Positions 12,343 through 25,392 of a stretch of DNA of 64,000 nt are shown here, piece after piece. The stretch comes from Iphione sp. A-MEVVRFRX5 (taxonomy: Eukaryota), in the NCBI GenBank assembly GCA_976226885.1, contig OZ320318.1:5332001-5396000 (forward strand), read 5' to 3'. A program made the position numbers and the translations under genes. Positions within the stretch are counted from its first letter, which is position 1. Each line of letters opens with the position of its first letter. Under the pieces are notes generated by a model, which ran no database searches, had not been told where the DNA came from, and saw only the letters and a list, made by a program, of their open reading frames with translations.

Positions 12343-13542
12343 ATGGGATGCCAGCTCTCAACACAGATGGCATCCCATTCATTCCCTGGGGCCAAAAATA
12401 AACAGGCAGACTTTCTAAGCCGGTTCCCACGAGGAACAGAAAAGACAGAGGTCAAAGTGATAAACACTGACCGTATAAACATACAACAATGTATGATGAA
12501 TGATGAGGAAGACAGGGAAGAATTAGAAGAGTCTAATCTCTTACCAAGTTTGGGTACAGGTGAGCAGCTTGATATGGCTGCTGAACAAGCCAAAGACAAT
12601 CAGGTAGGCAAGATGAGTACCGATCCCAATTATAGCACTATAAATGGGATACTCTATTATATCAGTGAGATGCCACCCGGCTTGAAGCTAGTTATACCTA
12701 ACCACCTGAAAACGGTTGTTCTTAAAGAGTGCCATGATCACCTAGGTCATATGGGGATGGACAAAACCTATGATAGAATCAGGCAGAAGTACCATTGGAA
12801 AGGGTTGTACAAGGATGTTGTGAAACATGTCTCACACTGTACTGCATGCAACTCATGCAACCTTAGACAACATGCCCAACCAATGCAGCAGATGGACTTG
12901 GTGCAGTTTCCATTCCAAAAGCTGGCCATTGATATCTGTGGCCCATACCCAACATCTCACCATGAAAACAGGTATCTAATTACTTTTGTCAATATATATT
13001 TGGGTTGGCCCGAATTCTTTGCTGTACCAAGACCACCTAGACAGTGGTCAACCTGATTCTGAACGAAATACCGAGACACAGGTGTCCTGGAACTCTATTA
13101 TCTGATAACAGAATTTGTGAACACGATTGTAAGTGGCATCTGTGAAAAGATGAAGATATACAGGATCCGAACAAGTCTATAACATCCTCAATCAAATGGT
13201 AAACTCGAAAGAGTACACCGTGTTTGGAATGACAACGCATCCAGACAAATGAATGTCCCTAGGTCATGGGATCTGATGATACCATCTGCACTCTTGGCCC
13301 TTTGTACCTGTAACCACGAAATGACTCAACACTTCCTGTTCTTCCTCATGACTGGTCGTAATCCTCAACTTCCTTTGGAGCAGGTGTTAGAGCACCACCA
13401 TAAGGCAATGGTTCCAGTGCAGAAACATCATAAGAAAGCACAAGAACAAACAAAGCGGTATCAGGATAGGAAGGCAAAAGAGGCGAACTTGCAAGAAGTT
13501 CTATGTTTTCAGACATGACTGGTCTAGCAAGCTTGATACCAG
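12343..13542 (+). pseudogene. pol: Gypsy integrase, 5' part (frameshifted), interrupted at 13542
   Basis: HHCC zinc-binding motif (ECHDHLGHMG...HCTAC) and core PFQKLAIDICGPYP...RYLITF; ends SKLDTR. Confidence 0.9.
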
Positions 13543-13752
13543 GGGCCGGCTGCTGTTATGCACATCGCCACCGCGGGGTATTCGGGCATGTTAGTGATGA
13601 CCCAATTAATTTACACCGGCGTAACCACTACCCTGCTCCTCCTACCACACTTTGAAAATCATGCGTTGTTTCGTGTTACGTGATTGGTTACGCACTAATT
13701 TCCGCGCAAAAAACCGCATCCGCCGTAAACAGACGCGTACGTGTGGCTAGTA

Positions 13753-13760
13753 GTATATAA
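13753..13760 (+). promoter_or_regulatory. Candidate TATA box for the Myb/SANT-like gene
   Basis: gtatataag about 105 nt upstream of ATG 13863. Confidence 0.35.
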
Positions 13761-13862
13761 GTAAGTGCTCTGAGCCGCTCATCCACTCATCTCTGGGCAA
13801 GCCTGGCAGCTACTCGCAACGCTTTTTATTTCTCTGAGATATGTGATACGCACGTTACCACT

Positions 13863-16800
13863 ATGGGAAAGACAAGGACCAAGCCAACCAAGTCATGCAA
13901 GAAGTCAAAGAAGTCTTCGACTGTCTCAAAACCCAACTCTACGGAAACTGAGAGGGTCTGGGGCACGAACTGGGCCATGGAGGACTCCGTTAAGGCTGTC
14001 CATTTGCTGTTCAAGTACGATTTGAACAATGCAAAAGCCTTCGAAGGGCCTGGGGCCAAAGCCCGGAAGGAAAAGGCATGGAAAGAGATGATCAAGGAGT
14101 TCAATGGGTGAGTACTTTAATGAGTTCCTTAATGTTTATTTTGTTCTGTATTATGTATTACTTATCACGATTGATGGTTTTGTTTGTTATGAGTAATGGC
14201 ATTTTTGACGTGTTTCAAAACGAGTGAAATTTTTTTTTCAATCTTCGTATCACGTATTATGTATTATGTGTCTGGATTAAGGGTTTTGTCTGATATGTGT
14301 TATGTCATTTTGGACGTGTTTCAAAACGAGTAAAATAATTTTTTTCTTCAATCTTCGTATCACGTATTATGTATTATGTGTTATGGTTCACGTATTGCTC
14401 ACGTATTGTTTCTAAGCTGGATAATCTGTAATGGCTTGTTTGTGTGTTATTTCTATATCATACTCGTTGCTGTTAATTAAGAAAATAACGAAAATGGGGT
14501 CTAACTTTCCTATGGGAAGAACCAGGCAGATATACGGGTGGGTGGGTGGTTGTCTCCGCCAGGATTATTAATCTCTTTCGGTATTTGACTGATAGTTATA
14601 GATACGTTAAGTTGAGTTTTCACTGCAGTCTGTTTCCTGCCACGATCAACGGTCAGGGGCAATGTGTCCTGACCCCCCGTGGTTGGAATTAATTTTTCAC
14701 TGTGGTCTGTTTCCTGCCACGATCGACGGTAAGAGGCAATGTGTCGTGACCCCCCATGGTTGAAATTAATTTTTCGCTGTGTTCTGTTTCCTGCCTCAAT
14801 CAACGGTCAGAGGCAATGTGTTGTGACCCCCCGTGGTTGGAATTAATTTTTCACTGTGGTCTGTTTCCTGCCATGATCAACGGTCAGAGGCAACGTGTCG
14901 TGACCCCCCGTGGTCCGAACTCATGACCGAGTATGAGTCTCTAAGGGGTACAGTGAGTTTATACATGTTTGTGTTCCCACCCCCCACCCCCTACCTACAG
15001 CAAATTGAATGTACCGATCTTATCCATGTATTTAATTCTGTAGGATTGCCCTGGAACCCCGCGATAAGTATGGCATCATGGAACGGATGAAGGGAGTCCG
15101 TATCCGAGGTAATAGAAGTTGGCAACATTTCTACTGTGATGAGTAACAAATTGCAATTGATTGATGTAATCCCCCCTGATAATGTCTGTCGTATTCACCA
15201 AAAGGTATTGTCGCTTCACCAAATTTTTCCTCCCTAGATCGCCGCAAAAAACACCATGTTGGCCACTGGCGGGGGGGACCAAGTACGAGTCGGAGAAGAT
15301 GCGGATATCTGGCAGCAGTATAAACCTGTCCATGCCATGCCATTCCAGGGTCCAGGCGCCCCCGAATGCAGTAAGTATTGTGTACCAGTTCTTAAAAAAT
15401 TTGTTTTAATTTTCATCATTGGTGTACCTCTATGACCTCCACTCATCATGTGTACTGTCTGATTTCAGTTGGTGAACACAGCCCACAGTCACAGGCCCTC
15501 GCAGACCGTAATTGCCCCACGCCTCCTGACGCGGATGTGTGGACATCCCTAGACGAGGAAGAGGAAGAAGACGTTGACGAAGGGGATGTGCAATGGACCC
15601 AAGGAGAGGGTTTCGCTACAAGTACACCTACCACAGATGCTTTTCGGAACCCACCAGCCAGGTGCAATGGTACCAACCAGAACAAAAGGGCGAGCTCGTC
15701 CTTACTTGCCGCCCTGAACAGACCCTCTGCTACTGAATCCGCATCTATGTCCTTCGGCGGATCCTCCCAAGACATCCAGGACCTGTCTGTCATTGGAACG
15801 TCACCTCAGGTAGCAGTGTCTGTAATGGTGTATCAACCCCCCCCCCCCCCAGCGGCACGTACACCAACCTGCAGAGTGTCGCCTGCATCGGGCTTCCTAC
15901 GCAAGCTACACAGAACATGAACCTCACTCACACACAAATGCCAAGCCAGGCTTAGTGTCCGAGCCAGACCATGAGTCAGATCAACCCTGAGAGCCATAGC
16001 ATGAGCCAGGGTCAGAGCATGAGTCAAGGCCTGACTCAAAGCATGAGCCAGGGTCCGAGCACAAACCATGGCCAAAGTCAGAGCATGAGCCAGAGCCAAA
16101 GCCAGAGCATCCTGGGTTCCTCCAATGCTGCCATCCAAGGCACCTCTTCCCGAAGCCAGCCGAAGAGCAAGAAAGCCACCAGCAGCAGGACAACTGTCGC
16201 CAGTACACTTGCGTCCAGCAGCTCCCAGCCACCTTCAAAGAAACCGCGTCTGAGTAAGTACGATTATGTCATATGCTGCAAAAAAAAATCACCTAACTAC
16301 GAGCAGTTTTGTTTGTTGGAAAGAAAAAATAGTCTATATGTAGTATTTTCAATAACCTGGGTGAAACGAGGCTAAGTCTCTTTTCCCATTGAAGTGCAAC
16401 CAGGTTCTGTGAAGCCTACCTTCTTGCCCAGCCTTATGTATATGTTTTGTTTTCTTGTTGCTATGCAACAGTAGATCTGCACCAAATGGGCCTCTGGCTC
16501 TCATTGGTGGAGATCCACTATTTTCAATAACCTATATAAGTAACCACTAGCAAATGTGCTTTATTCTGCAGAGCGAGCGAAGAAGGGGGTGCGGACGAGA
16601 GAGGAATTACTGGCACGAGAAATAGATAGCGCCACGGCTAAAATGGATGCTATGGACAAGAACGACGAGCGACGAGAGAAGATAGCGGACAAGCGTCTCC
16701 ATCTAGCAGAAAAGGAAAGTATATTGAAGGACGCTGCGCTCACATCTGCAGACAAGCGGGAGAAGTTGGCAGATTACCAGCTGGAGAGAGAACGGGCCAG

Positions 16801-16981
16801 AGAGGCGAGAGAAATCATGGAGTGTGGCCTGCGCTGTCAGTTGCTGAGAAGACAGCTAGAGGCCGCAGAGCATGAGATAAAGACCTGGAAGGTGCGAGGA
16901 CTGGCCGTGCAAGCAGAGGCCATAACCCACGAAATTCGGGCTGTATCCGCAAGCTGCCCATGCCGCCACACACAAAGATAA
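13863..16981 (+). CDS. Spliced Myb/SANT-like (Harbinger ORF2-type) gene with C-terminal coiled coil; possibly disrupted
   Basis: Exon 13863-14107 (WAMEDSVK..KEKAWKEMIKEFNG), 15044-15108 (IALEPRDKYGIMERMK), 15238-15370 (ATGGG motif), further exons from about 15469 and 16572 (charged coiled coil). The exon 2/exon 3 phases do not match by one base. Confidence 0.7.
14620..14914. repeat. 77-bp tandem repeat, about 3.7 copies (intronic)
   Basis: tctgtttcctgcc starts at 14629, 14706, 14783 and 14860. Confidence 0.95.
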
Positions 16982-18097
16982 ACAGGTGCGCATGAGTTCT
17001 ATATGCATGTATAATCTCTTCACATAACAGTTACGTGATACGGAATGTTTATGTATAAATTATGTATCACGTAATGATAAGTACCAGGTCATTTCGGGTT
17101 TTTTATACATGTCTATGTCTTTGAATTGCAGACTATTGCTACATAAACAGTAGAGGACGGTGTCAGGTTCGATAAGCGCATGAAACGGCTGAAGAAACTC
17201 CCCCGGTGCATGACAGAGGACGGCCAACGATTCAGCAGCGACAACGAAGGCGAAAGCGAATCTGGAAGCTCTTAAAAGCCGTTTTCAAATATGTCCTAGG
17301 TGCGGAAACGTCTCAGTGCAACAAACAGATTTCTCTATATATAAATACCGTCTGCCATTACTGCTGTATGACGTGTTTTCTCAATAAAGTCTTCATCCTA
17401 CAGGCTACTCTTTCTCAGCGCGACAATATAGATAAGAGGGAGAGGGCCGGTGGGGTTTTGCGGTTTGAATAGGGGGGTTTGCGGTTTAAGGAGGGGTTTA
17501 TGCGTCTTGAATATGTGGGTTTGTGGTTTCAAAGGACACTTCTTGGGACACCGCAGACAGGCACCTAACTGCATCGACCTCGCCATGATTGGGTAGTTAA
17601 GGTTGCTAGGCAACGGTGCGCTATGGATTGCCATGCGGTGGGGTGATTGACGCGCATGATTGGTTGCCACCCCCTTACAATAGTAAAGTTCGCCGCCAGC
17701 TCACACACCTGTTATCCAGCGGGGAGTCAGCACACAAAATGTTGTAGAGGAACATCTTCCACGCCATGGGGTTGGTGTTTTGAAACTTTATATACGTCAA
17801 TTTCCCCCTCTTGCATTACGATGAATGCCTTTTACACTCGCAAGATGATTCAAGGATAGACTGTAATCTTATCTTTGCTAATTTCAGATGCAAGAATCTA
17901 GGCCCAAGAGCTCTGCGAACTGCAGGAGCCATGGCTACTTATAAATACCGAGAGCGGGAGAAGGCCAAGGGACCGGAATTCTTGGCAAGCGAGCGTTGGC
18001 GGGTAGCTGCTATCCGTAAGTGTGCAATTATAATACAGTGTATGTCCAGTGATGATTTCGAAGGAACTGATGTGTGCTGTATGTGTCTCGCCCACAG

Positions 18098-18255
18098 GAG
18101 GTGGCCTGTACAGGCCAGGTGTGTGTTTCTTCTTATGTTAGGTGGCCAGTACAGGCTGGGTGTGTGTTTCTCCTTATGTTAGGTGGCCAGTACAGGCCAG
18201 GTGTGTGTTTCTCCTTATGTTAGGTGGCCAGTACAGGCCAGGTGTGTATTTCTCC
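18098..18255. repeat. About 41-bp tandem repeat x4
   Basis: ggtggccagtacaggccaggtgtgtgtttctccttatgtta units. Confidence 0.9.
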
Positions 18256-18264
18256 TCGTCTTAC

Positions 18265-20330
18265 ATGGCAATATGCCACGGTAATCGTTGTAGGGCGCCG
18301 ACAAGTGGTCCCATCTGGAGCTGTATTCGAGGTTGGAACAAGGCTTGCCATTTCAAGAAGCCCCCCCCCCCAGACCAAGTGGCCCGTCCTGATGACCAGC
18401 ATGACGAGGAGGACGATGAAGGCCAACTGCCCCATTCTGATGACCAGCATGACGAGGAGGACGACGAAGGCCAACTCCCCAATTCTGATGACCAACATGA
18501 AGAGGAGGACGACGAAGGCCAAATGCCCTATCATGAGGACCAGCCAGAGGATGAGGCCCAGGCACCACCGGCCGATCGGGCTGACCAGCCGGGCGGTGAG
18601 GACGCCGACCATCTCCAACCCCTGGCAATGTTGCGCCTTCCCTTGCGCCAGCCCCCTGCGCCTCCGGCGGCTGAGGGGGACCCCGGAGAGGACAGAAATG
18701 GGGACAGGGATGCTGCCAGGCAGGCTGAGGAGGCGGCGCCTCCAGAACCCGAGGTCGTCATAGACGTTGCTGAGGGCCCAGCCCTCTTCTGGGCAGAACA
18801 TATAGAGCCATTGCATGCCGGTGTGAAGGTGGCTTTCAAGAGTAAGGACATCTACTTTTATACCCTCTTAAAATTTCACGATAGTCTCTTGGCTAGTTTT
18901 AAACCTTCCAATATTTAGATTATTTCCTCTTTTGGTAATGGTGTGTACTGCCAAGTGTAACACGTAATCACGTATGTTGTACCACGTATGTTATAATATT
19001 TCGTATCACGTAACATGTTTGGGTATCCTATTTTTAAATTCCTAATGCATATTTCTAGCGAACGTCGGCGTCTGGTACGGGAGCGCGTTGGTGGCCCTCA
19101 AACGACGAGGCGAGACCAGTGGCCAAGGATGAGGAGCGACTCATCACTTCCATCCAAATCCTCGACGGTTGGAGTACACCGCTAACAGAGGCTGTGCAGC
19201 TGTGGTCACTGCAGAGCGATGAGGAGGAGGCGCGATACCACGCTAGGGCGACCTCTCCCACAGGTGATAATCTGACAATCTGAGACACCCACATGTGCAC
19301 AGAACACCTGGCCCCGTATTGTAACGACCCCACAGACGACCAGACACAGCAGGCACCACATACAGACACAGACAACCAGACGCAGCAGGCACCACATACA
19401 GACACAGACAACCAGACACAGCAGACACCACATACAGACACAGACAACCAGACACAGCAGGCACCACATACAGACACAGACAACCAGACACATCAGACAC
19501 CAGAAGCAGACACAGACAACCAGACACAGCAGACACCAGAAGCAGACACAGACAACCAGACACAGCAGGCACCACACACAGACACAGACAACCAGACACA
19601 GCAGGCACCACATACAGACACACCAGACCACCAGACACAGCAGACATCACAGGCAGAAGCACCAGGGGACCAGCCAGACTTCTGCTTCATGCAGGCGCTG
19701 AACACACCTGAGACCCCTGGCTGGAGACCAAGGGGCTCCGAACAGCTGGCACCATCCTGACGCGGAGGCAAGAAGAAGGGGAAGGGCATCACCACACCGT
19801 CGCCCCGTGCCCCCAGCAGGACAGCAAGGGAGCGGTCGGCGCCCAGACAAAAGAAGCCATCCAAAAGGCAGCGGCTGCTGGCAGCAAGTGAGCAGGCAGT
19901 GGCAGGATGTGGAGAGAACCCAGCCACCAGAGTGCAGGAGGTGGGGTGGGAGGACATTGCCCCACCAGCTTCCACATCTCCTGTGCCCATGGCTGTTCTA
20001 ACCCAGCAGCAGATCCCTCGGGCCCCTTCACCTGCCCTTGCCGTGCCCACTTCACCTGTCCCTCCCCCGACTACACCACCGCAGAACCCAAGGCCCCCAC
20101 CTCCCTCTACTAGGATCAGCCAGGAAGGCCCCCGATCCAGATTCCAGGCAGTGGACCCTGCCTCGTCTGCTGCTGAGAGGGACATCAAGCTAGAGGTGGA
20201 GAGAAATTATGGCCCGAGGAGGTCGGGTGACCGATGATGATTTTGTGCGCCTCATGGCAACGATGATTTTGTGCGCCTCATGGCAACGGTGGAGCAAGTG
20301 CGACCAACAGGACAGCACACGCATGTGCCC
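18265..20330 (+). pseudogene. Second Harbinger ORF2-like gene (Cys-rich N-terminus, acidic and Thr/Gln repeats), disrupted
   Basis: MAICHGNRC...WSCIRGWNKACHF; donor at 18842, acceptor at 19058; WYGS..LKRRGETSGQG; in-frame stops and a 26-bp duplication near 20237-20288. Confidence 0.5.
19341..19650 (+). repeat. 33-bp coding tandem repeat (TDTDNQTQQAPH) about x9
   Basis: acagacacagacaaccagacacagcaggcacca units. Confidence 0.95.
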
Positions 20331-20786
20331 TGAATAACTGCTTTTTATTTTCAGTCAACTGTCAATTTCCTTATTTCAGGCGCCATTATTTCACCTTATT
20401 TACTTTCATGTCATGTTCAGTGATGCCTCTTTTATGTTATATCTTTCTTTAACAATTAATATGAATAATAATGTAAAGTCATCACGTATCAGTTTTCTTT
20501 TATTTTCACTTACAGAAATCCAGAATAAAAGATACAGGTAATGGTTCACTCGTGAGTTTTTATGTCTACTTGGTTGATAAGAACATGCACACACTTTTAA
20601 AAACCATTTACAGTTGGGGTCCTGCATAAGATGACACAAACAGACAGGACGATGGACCAGGTAGGACACTACGTACCTGAGTCAGGTAGCAGCGATGAGT
20701 GCTCAGGAAGCATCAGTGGCAGCCCAAGGACTATCCAGGAAACACCCCCAATGGAACATGAAGGGTGAGGAAAGGGTGATGTGAGA

Positions 20787-21000
20787 TTAGCTGAAGTACT
20801 GGTTAATGATCTGTTGGTGAAAGACTGCCCCATTAACAGCCACATCGTCGTTGTTCAGCTCTTGGGGGGGGGGGGATTTATTCGGGGTCATGTAGGTAGA
20901 TATCTTCATCCAGAAGGTCACGATCAGCTACAAAATTCATCACCATGATGTTTCTCTCTCGACCTCTCCTGCCAAAGTGGCCAAGTTACCCTGCCTCTGA
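20787..21000 (-). pseudogene. C-terminal remnant of a Harbinger-type transposase
   Basis: RERNIMVMNFVADRDLLDED...ELNNDDVAVNGAVFHQQIINQYFS* resembles the typical G...R..II..YF* end and converges on the ORF2 gene. No catalytic residues are visible. Confidence 0.45.
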
Positions 21001-21191
21001 TAGGGGTGGTAGGAAAAGTAGGACAGAGCTGTCAAAACATGCCGGTACCACGGGGTAAACCCCTTACAGCAAGCGGCACCCCCCTCTGAGCGGGTTAATG
21101 GTGGGGTAAATGCCGTGGTAAATTGTTACAGCAAGCGACACAAATTTTCGCGCGGGGTAGCCGGCCGGGGTAATTTTAATGAGGGTGGTAA

Positions 21192-21480
21192 GTGCGAACC
21201 CTACTACCGGGTAGTGAAGGTAATTACCCCTGTCAACTATGTCATTCAGAATATGTTGACAGGAACTCAAAGTGCATGTTGCACATCTGCGCAAGGCAGA
21301 CCTTGATTGGAAAATCCCCAACCCAGAAAGGCTATTGAGAAAGGCCACATGGACTGCAGACATTGAGACCAGTAAGACAGAGGCTAGTAAAGCAAGTACT
21401 ATTGATGAAGAGAGTGGTGTTGACAATGCCAATGCTCTTGCTGAGGAGTCATCCTCAGACTCACCCCTTGTTGAATACAT
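21192..21480 (+). pseudogene. pol: Gypsy integrase C-terminal (GPY/F) part, continuation of 12343-13542
   Basis: EPYYRVVKVITPVNYVIQN...HVAHLRKADLDW. Confidence 0.85.
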
Positions 21481-21899
21481 ACTGTTAGCAAGGCTTAGGG
21501 AAAGGTCCTATGATCAGGGCTGGACACAAACAGATGGTGCTCCAAAGTTAAATCAAGGACCCTTCCTCCTGAGCCCAGACAACAAGTGATAGGTGAAAGT
21601 GTGACCCATGCACTGGGACAGGCAGAGATGAGGGATATGGATATAAGTGATCCTGTTGTCCCAAGCCTGTCAGGGACTGTTTTGTCAGGGACTGGTTATA
21701 AACGTGCAAGAGACAGCAGCAGCAGCACCGAGATGAGTGCAGCTAAACTGCAATACCAAGCTTATCAGGCTAGAAATACAAGTTTTGATGATAGCAATGC
21801 ATTATGAGCAATGTATTATTATAACATCACAAAATCCCAAGCCCATGAACTTCTGGCCTTATGTAAACTACACAAGAAAAATTGGATGGACTTCCAAGA

Positions 21900-23573
21900 A
21901 ATGGGGGTATAGGGCATAGCGAATTGGAAGAGTCACGACAGGCAAACCATCAAAACGAACAAACCAGGGTATAAGTACCAGCCAGGTCAAAACGTTTTGT
22001 ATCTCTGGCTGCAGGAATCTTTAGTGGTATTGCATACTTTGAAGTCATTGAAACAGGAAGTACGTGACCTCCGCAAAAGACAATAGGTTATCTGACATGT
22101 GCTGTCTAAAAGCTGATCTTTAATTAACATGACAAAAATGGAGGTGCAGGAAAACAGACAAGCTATCAACCAGATTATCAACAAGGTAGGGAAATTAGTT
22201 GAAGCCTGGCAAGATAGCTATCAACACTTGCTTGGGGCTATTCAACCCTTACAGCGCTTCACAATCACGTAGGCCCAGTCACAGATGAACTTAAATGTCA
22301 TTAGGGACTTGATAAATGCCAAGAATGCTCTAATCACTGATCTGCATGCGAAGGTGTCAAAACTGTCCAATAAAAAGCTCTCGCCTAATTTCCTTCCAGC
22401 TCCAGAACTAGTAAGAGTTATCAAATCAATTGCCGCCCCATCTAATGTTACCCCAAGACCCATGCCAAAAACCCTGGTATTACTACACTATCTTAAAAAT
22501 GAATACCATTGCTCTGCATGACCAGCTTATAATAACATTAGAGGTACCATTATTGGATGTTGCAAAACAATTTAGCGTCATAGAGGCAATAAGTCTGCCA
22601 GTGCCATTTGAAACATCTAATCTAACTGCGGAGTATGATTTAGAATTCAAAAACTTTGCTGTATCTGTTGATGGGAAACAGTATATAATTCTTACCCTTG
22701 AAGATCAGATCAATTGTGGGAAACCCAACATAAACTTCTGTGCAATGACCTCAGCGGTTTAAGAAATGAATCATCACAAATTTTGCACCTTAGCATTGTA
22801 CCAAAGGGATTTTAAGTAAAATAAGAGAACTATGTCTTACAAAGGTAACAAATAAACTTAAATTACCAACAGCCAAATATATTGAAACAGGTCAATGGTT
22901 AGTAGCTACAAATAGAGACTTTTACTTAAGGAAAATGTGTTTTAATACTGATATTGAGGAGCGTGTCTTGTTCAAACCCCCATTTGGTGTAATAACCCTA
23001 AATTCTGGCTGTCGCACCATTACTGACAAAATAGAGATACCAATATATTTTGAAGATCGCTCTAAAAATGAAGTGATCCGAGAAACTAGAATCACTACTC
23101 CCATAGTGAGAAATCTTTCAGATTTACCAATTTGGCATCCTGGAAAACATCGAAGATTTGAAATAAAATTAGAACTTGACAAGCTACCTCCTATTGAAAA
23201 TCAAAATATTGATACTCTCATCTCGATGCTTGACAATGCAAGATCCAATGACTATTTTAACTTATCACCTACGCATCTACTTTTTGCAATATTTGCTGGC
23301 ATTGCCATAGTCATGATTTTTATTGTGGTCATCATTTTCTTAAAGAGAAAGTCAATGTATAAAGCTGTAGCAAGATCTGTGTTTTTATTTATGCCTGAGT
23401 ATGATCCCTATGGTCAGTATAAGAGAGTTGCTAGAGTTGAGCCACGCATAGAAGTGGACCAACCAACTGTCCCAGAGACTGCTATTCCCGAACCACCACC
23501 ACCACTGGTGGTTCCTCAAAGTACCACTGCTCTCTTAAGTGATGGTGATGTAATGTCATGTTTGTTGCCCTGA
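21900..23573 (+). pseudogene. env: Degraded F-protein-like env gene
   Basis: LEVPLLDVAKQFSVIEAISLPVP..LTAEYDLE, a Cys pattern, and a C-terminal TM segment (LLFAIFAGIAIVMIFIVVIIFLKRK); lies downstream of integrase; several stops. Confidence 0.75.
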
Positions 23574-24559
23574 ATGCCTACTGCTGCTAATACAGCTTGA
23601 TTTTACCAGCCTACTTATGTACTACTTGCTGAACAATCTTGACTGTCCCTGGACTAGCCGATGAGCCTACTGGTCTAACTCAGAATGTCCGATCTGCCAA
23701 TGAGTTGGACTGTGATGATCAACTGCAGAGCCGCTATCAGACAAGCCAATGTGCCAATGAGGTGGCCTGTGATGATCAACTGCAGAACTGCTACCACACA
23801 AGCTGACGTGCCAGGCAGTGGACTGCTCCGACCTGTGGTGATAACTGTTTCTCATGCCACTGACTAGTGGTCCAGCGAGATGTAAGCAGTGCCAGTATTG
23901 GATGTGCCGGTGTAAGAAGTAAACAACTACAAGAGACTTGTGAAAATGACTTTCATGTGTGCACAATATTAACTCCTATTTTGACATTTTTTATCTTTTA
24001 GGCGTCGTGTTGCCTGAGCATGTGAAAGGCACACCACTACTTGATGAATCATACGATCACGCCACTATACAACAGACCAATCATACGATCACACCATTAT
24101 ACAAAAAGAGGGGCATTCTGACATCAATGACTAAAGGAGATAATGACAAGGTGACCATTGACGTCATAGAGGCCCAATATATAGTAAGCCGCCAGTAGGG
24201 AGATGCGCGCTGAGCACCGGGCAGAGAAAGATAGGACAGAGTTCAGGAGGTGGTTCGAGTCCAGCCAGGGGGAGAGAGAGGAGAGGACCTGTTTTGCTGT
24301 GCTGAAGAAATAAAAGAAGAACCTGGGAAACCTTGTGTTCACGTCAACTATATTACATGTAAAGTATGGGACAAGCAGTAGGGAGTTTAAAGCAAGAACT
24401 TAATCATAGAGTTCAAGGTAGGGTTAATTTATGGAGCCTCTGGCAAACAATGACATATGGCAAGCCATAGACCTTAAGTAAACAGGTGGACTGCAACGTG
24501 AGCAGTTACCCAGAGTAGAGTGTGTTTAGTGGTAGGACCAGAGCTGTGGTCAAGGGAGG

Positions 24560-25390
24560 GTCAACATAGCGAGTCAACATTGGTTAAGTAGAGTATCGAA
24601 CAGGAGGTCCGAAAAGTAGGAACTAGGAGTTCATGGGGAGGCCAAGCTCCTGATGACGCACCTGAGAATGATGTGGCAAGAAATAAAATCTCCAGTGTAA
24701 ACGAGAGTTAATCACATGAGAGTTAAGCTCTTGGTTACGAGCATGAGAAATGATGAAGCAGGGCTGTCCAGTCCCTTATTAAGGTTAGAAGGGAGGAAGT
24801 TAGGCCTGCTTTGTCATCGGATTTCAGGAAGCTGGTTTCAGATGACTGTCCACCTTCGGCCAAGTGGTTGTTTGGCGACACCTTGATGGATAATGCAAAG
24901 GTGGTGGAACAGAACACTAGGTTGCTGTCCAGAATGGAGGCTAAGAAGAAGCAGCCTCAGTCTCAGCCTCACTCCTGCAAGTTTTTTGGCAGAGGCAGGG
25001 GCAGGGGCTGAGGCAGGAACAGGGGCAGACGGTTCAATTTTCAGAGACAGAACTATCAGGGCCAGTATCAGTACCCCGTTCAGCAGCAGTTCTTGCCGAT
25101 CAGTTATCAGCCTCAGCCTCAGGTCCAGCAGCCCAACCAGAAGCAGCAACAGCAGCAGCAGCAGGGCCAGGTGAGGAAGAACCGGCAGCTAACAAGGCCG
25201 CAGAATTATCTCCCTCTGCACCCGTGGCACTCGTAGACGGGGCCTTGCCTACTACCGCAGAAGGGACAGAACGACGCACAGAAGGCGGATCTCTGAGAGA
25301 CACTGGCACACACACTCCATCAGCCCCTACCCGTGGGGTTGATGGAGGAGGAGGCAGTGGTTCAACCAAGGGTCAGTGCAAACAAAGGTA
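24560..25390 (+). pseudogene. DIRS-like gag/ORF1 remnant
   Basis: FRKLVSDDCPPSAKWLFGDTL..NAKVVEQ followed by RG-rich and Q-rich tail. Confidence 0.5.
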
Positions 25391-25392
25391 CT

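Larger units (their letters stand above)
13543..21191. mobile_element. Composite PIF/Harbinger-like insertion (probably two elements) inside the Gypsy integrase
   Basis: Removing it rejoins the integrase in frame (SKLDTR|CEPYYRVVKV). Imperfect TIR-like ends (gggccggctgctgtta vs reverse complement of ttacagcaagcggcaccc at about 21065). Contains two ORF2-type genes and a transposase C-terminal remnant. Confidence 0.7.

Noticed and set aside
19055-19662. Cys/Val-rich minus-strand ORFs resembling metallothionein or keratin-associated proteins
   Set aside because: They are the reverse frames of the 33-bp minisatellite.
24019-24355. Candidate 3' LTR of the env family at 12-23.6 kb
   Set aside because: It has TG...CA ends and aataaa, but no PPT and no matching 5' copy in the window.
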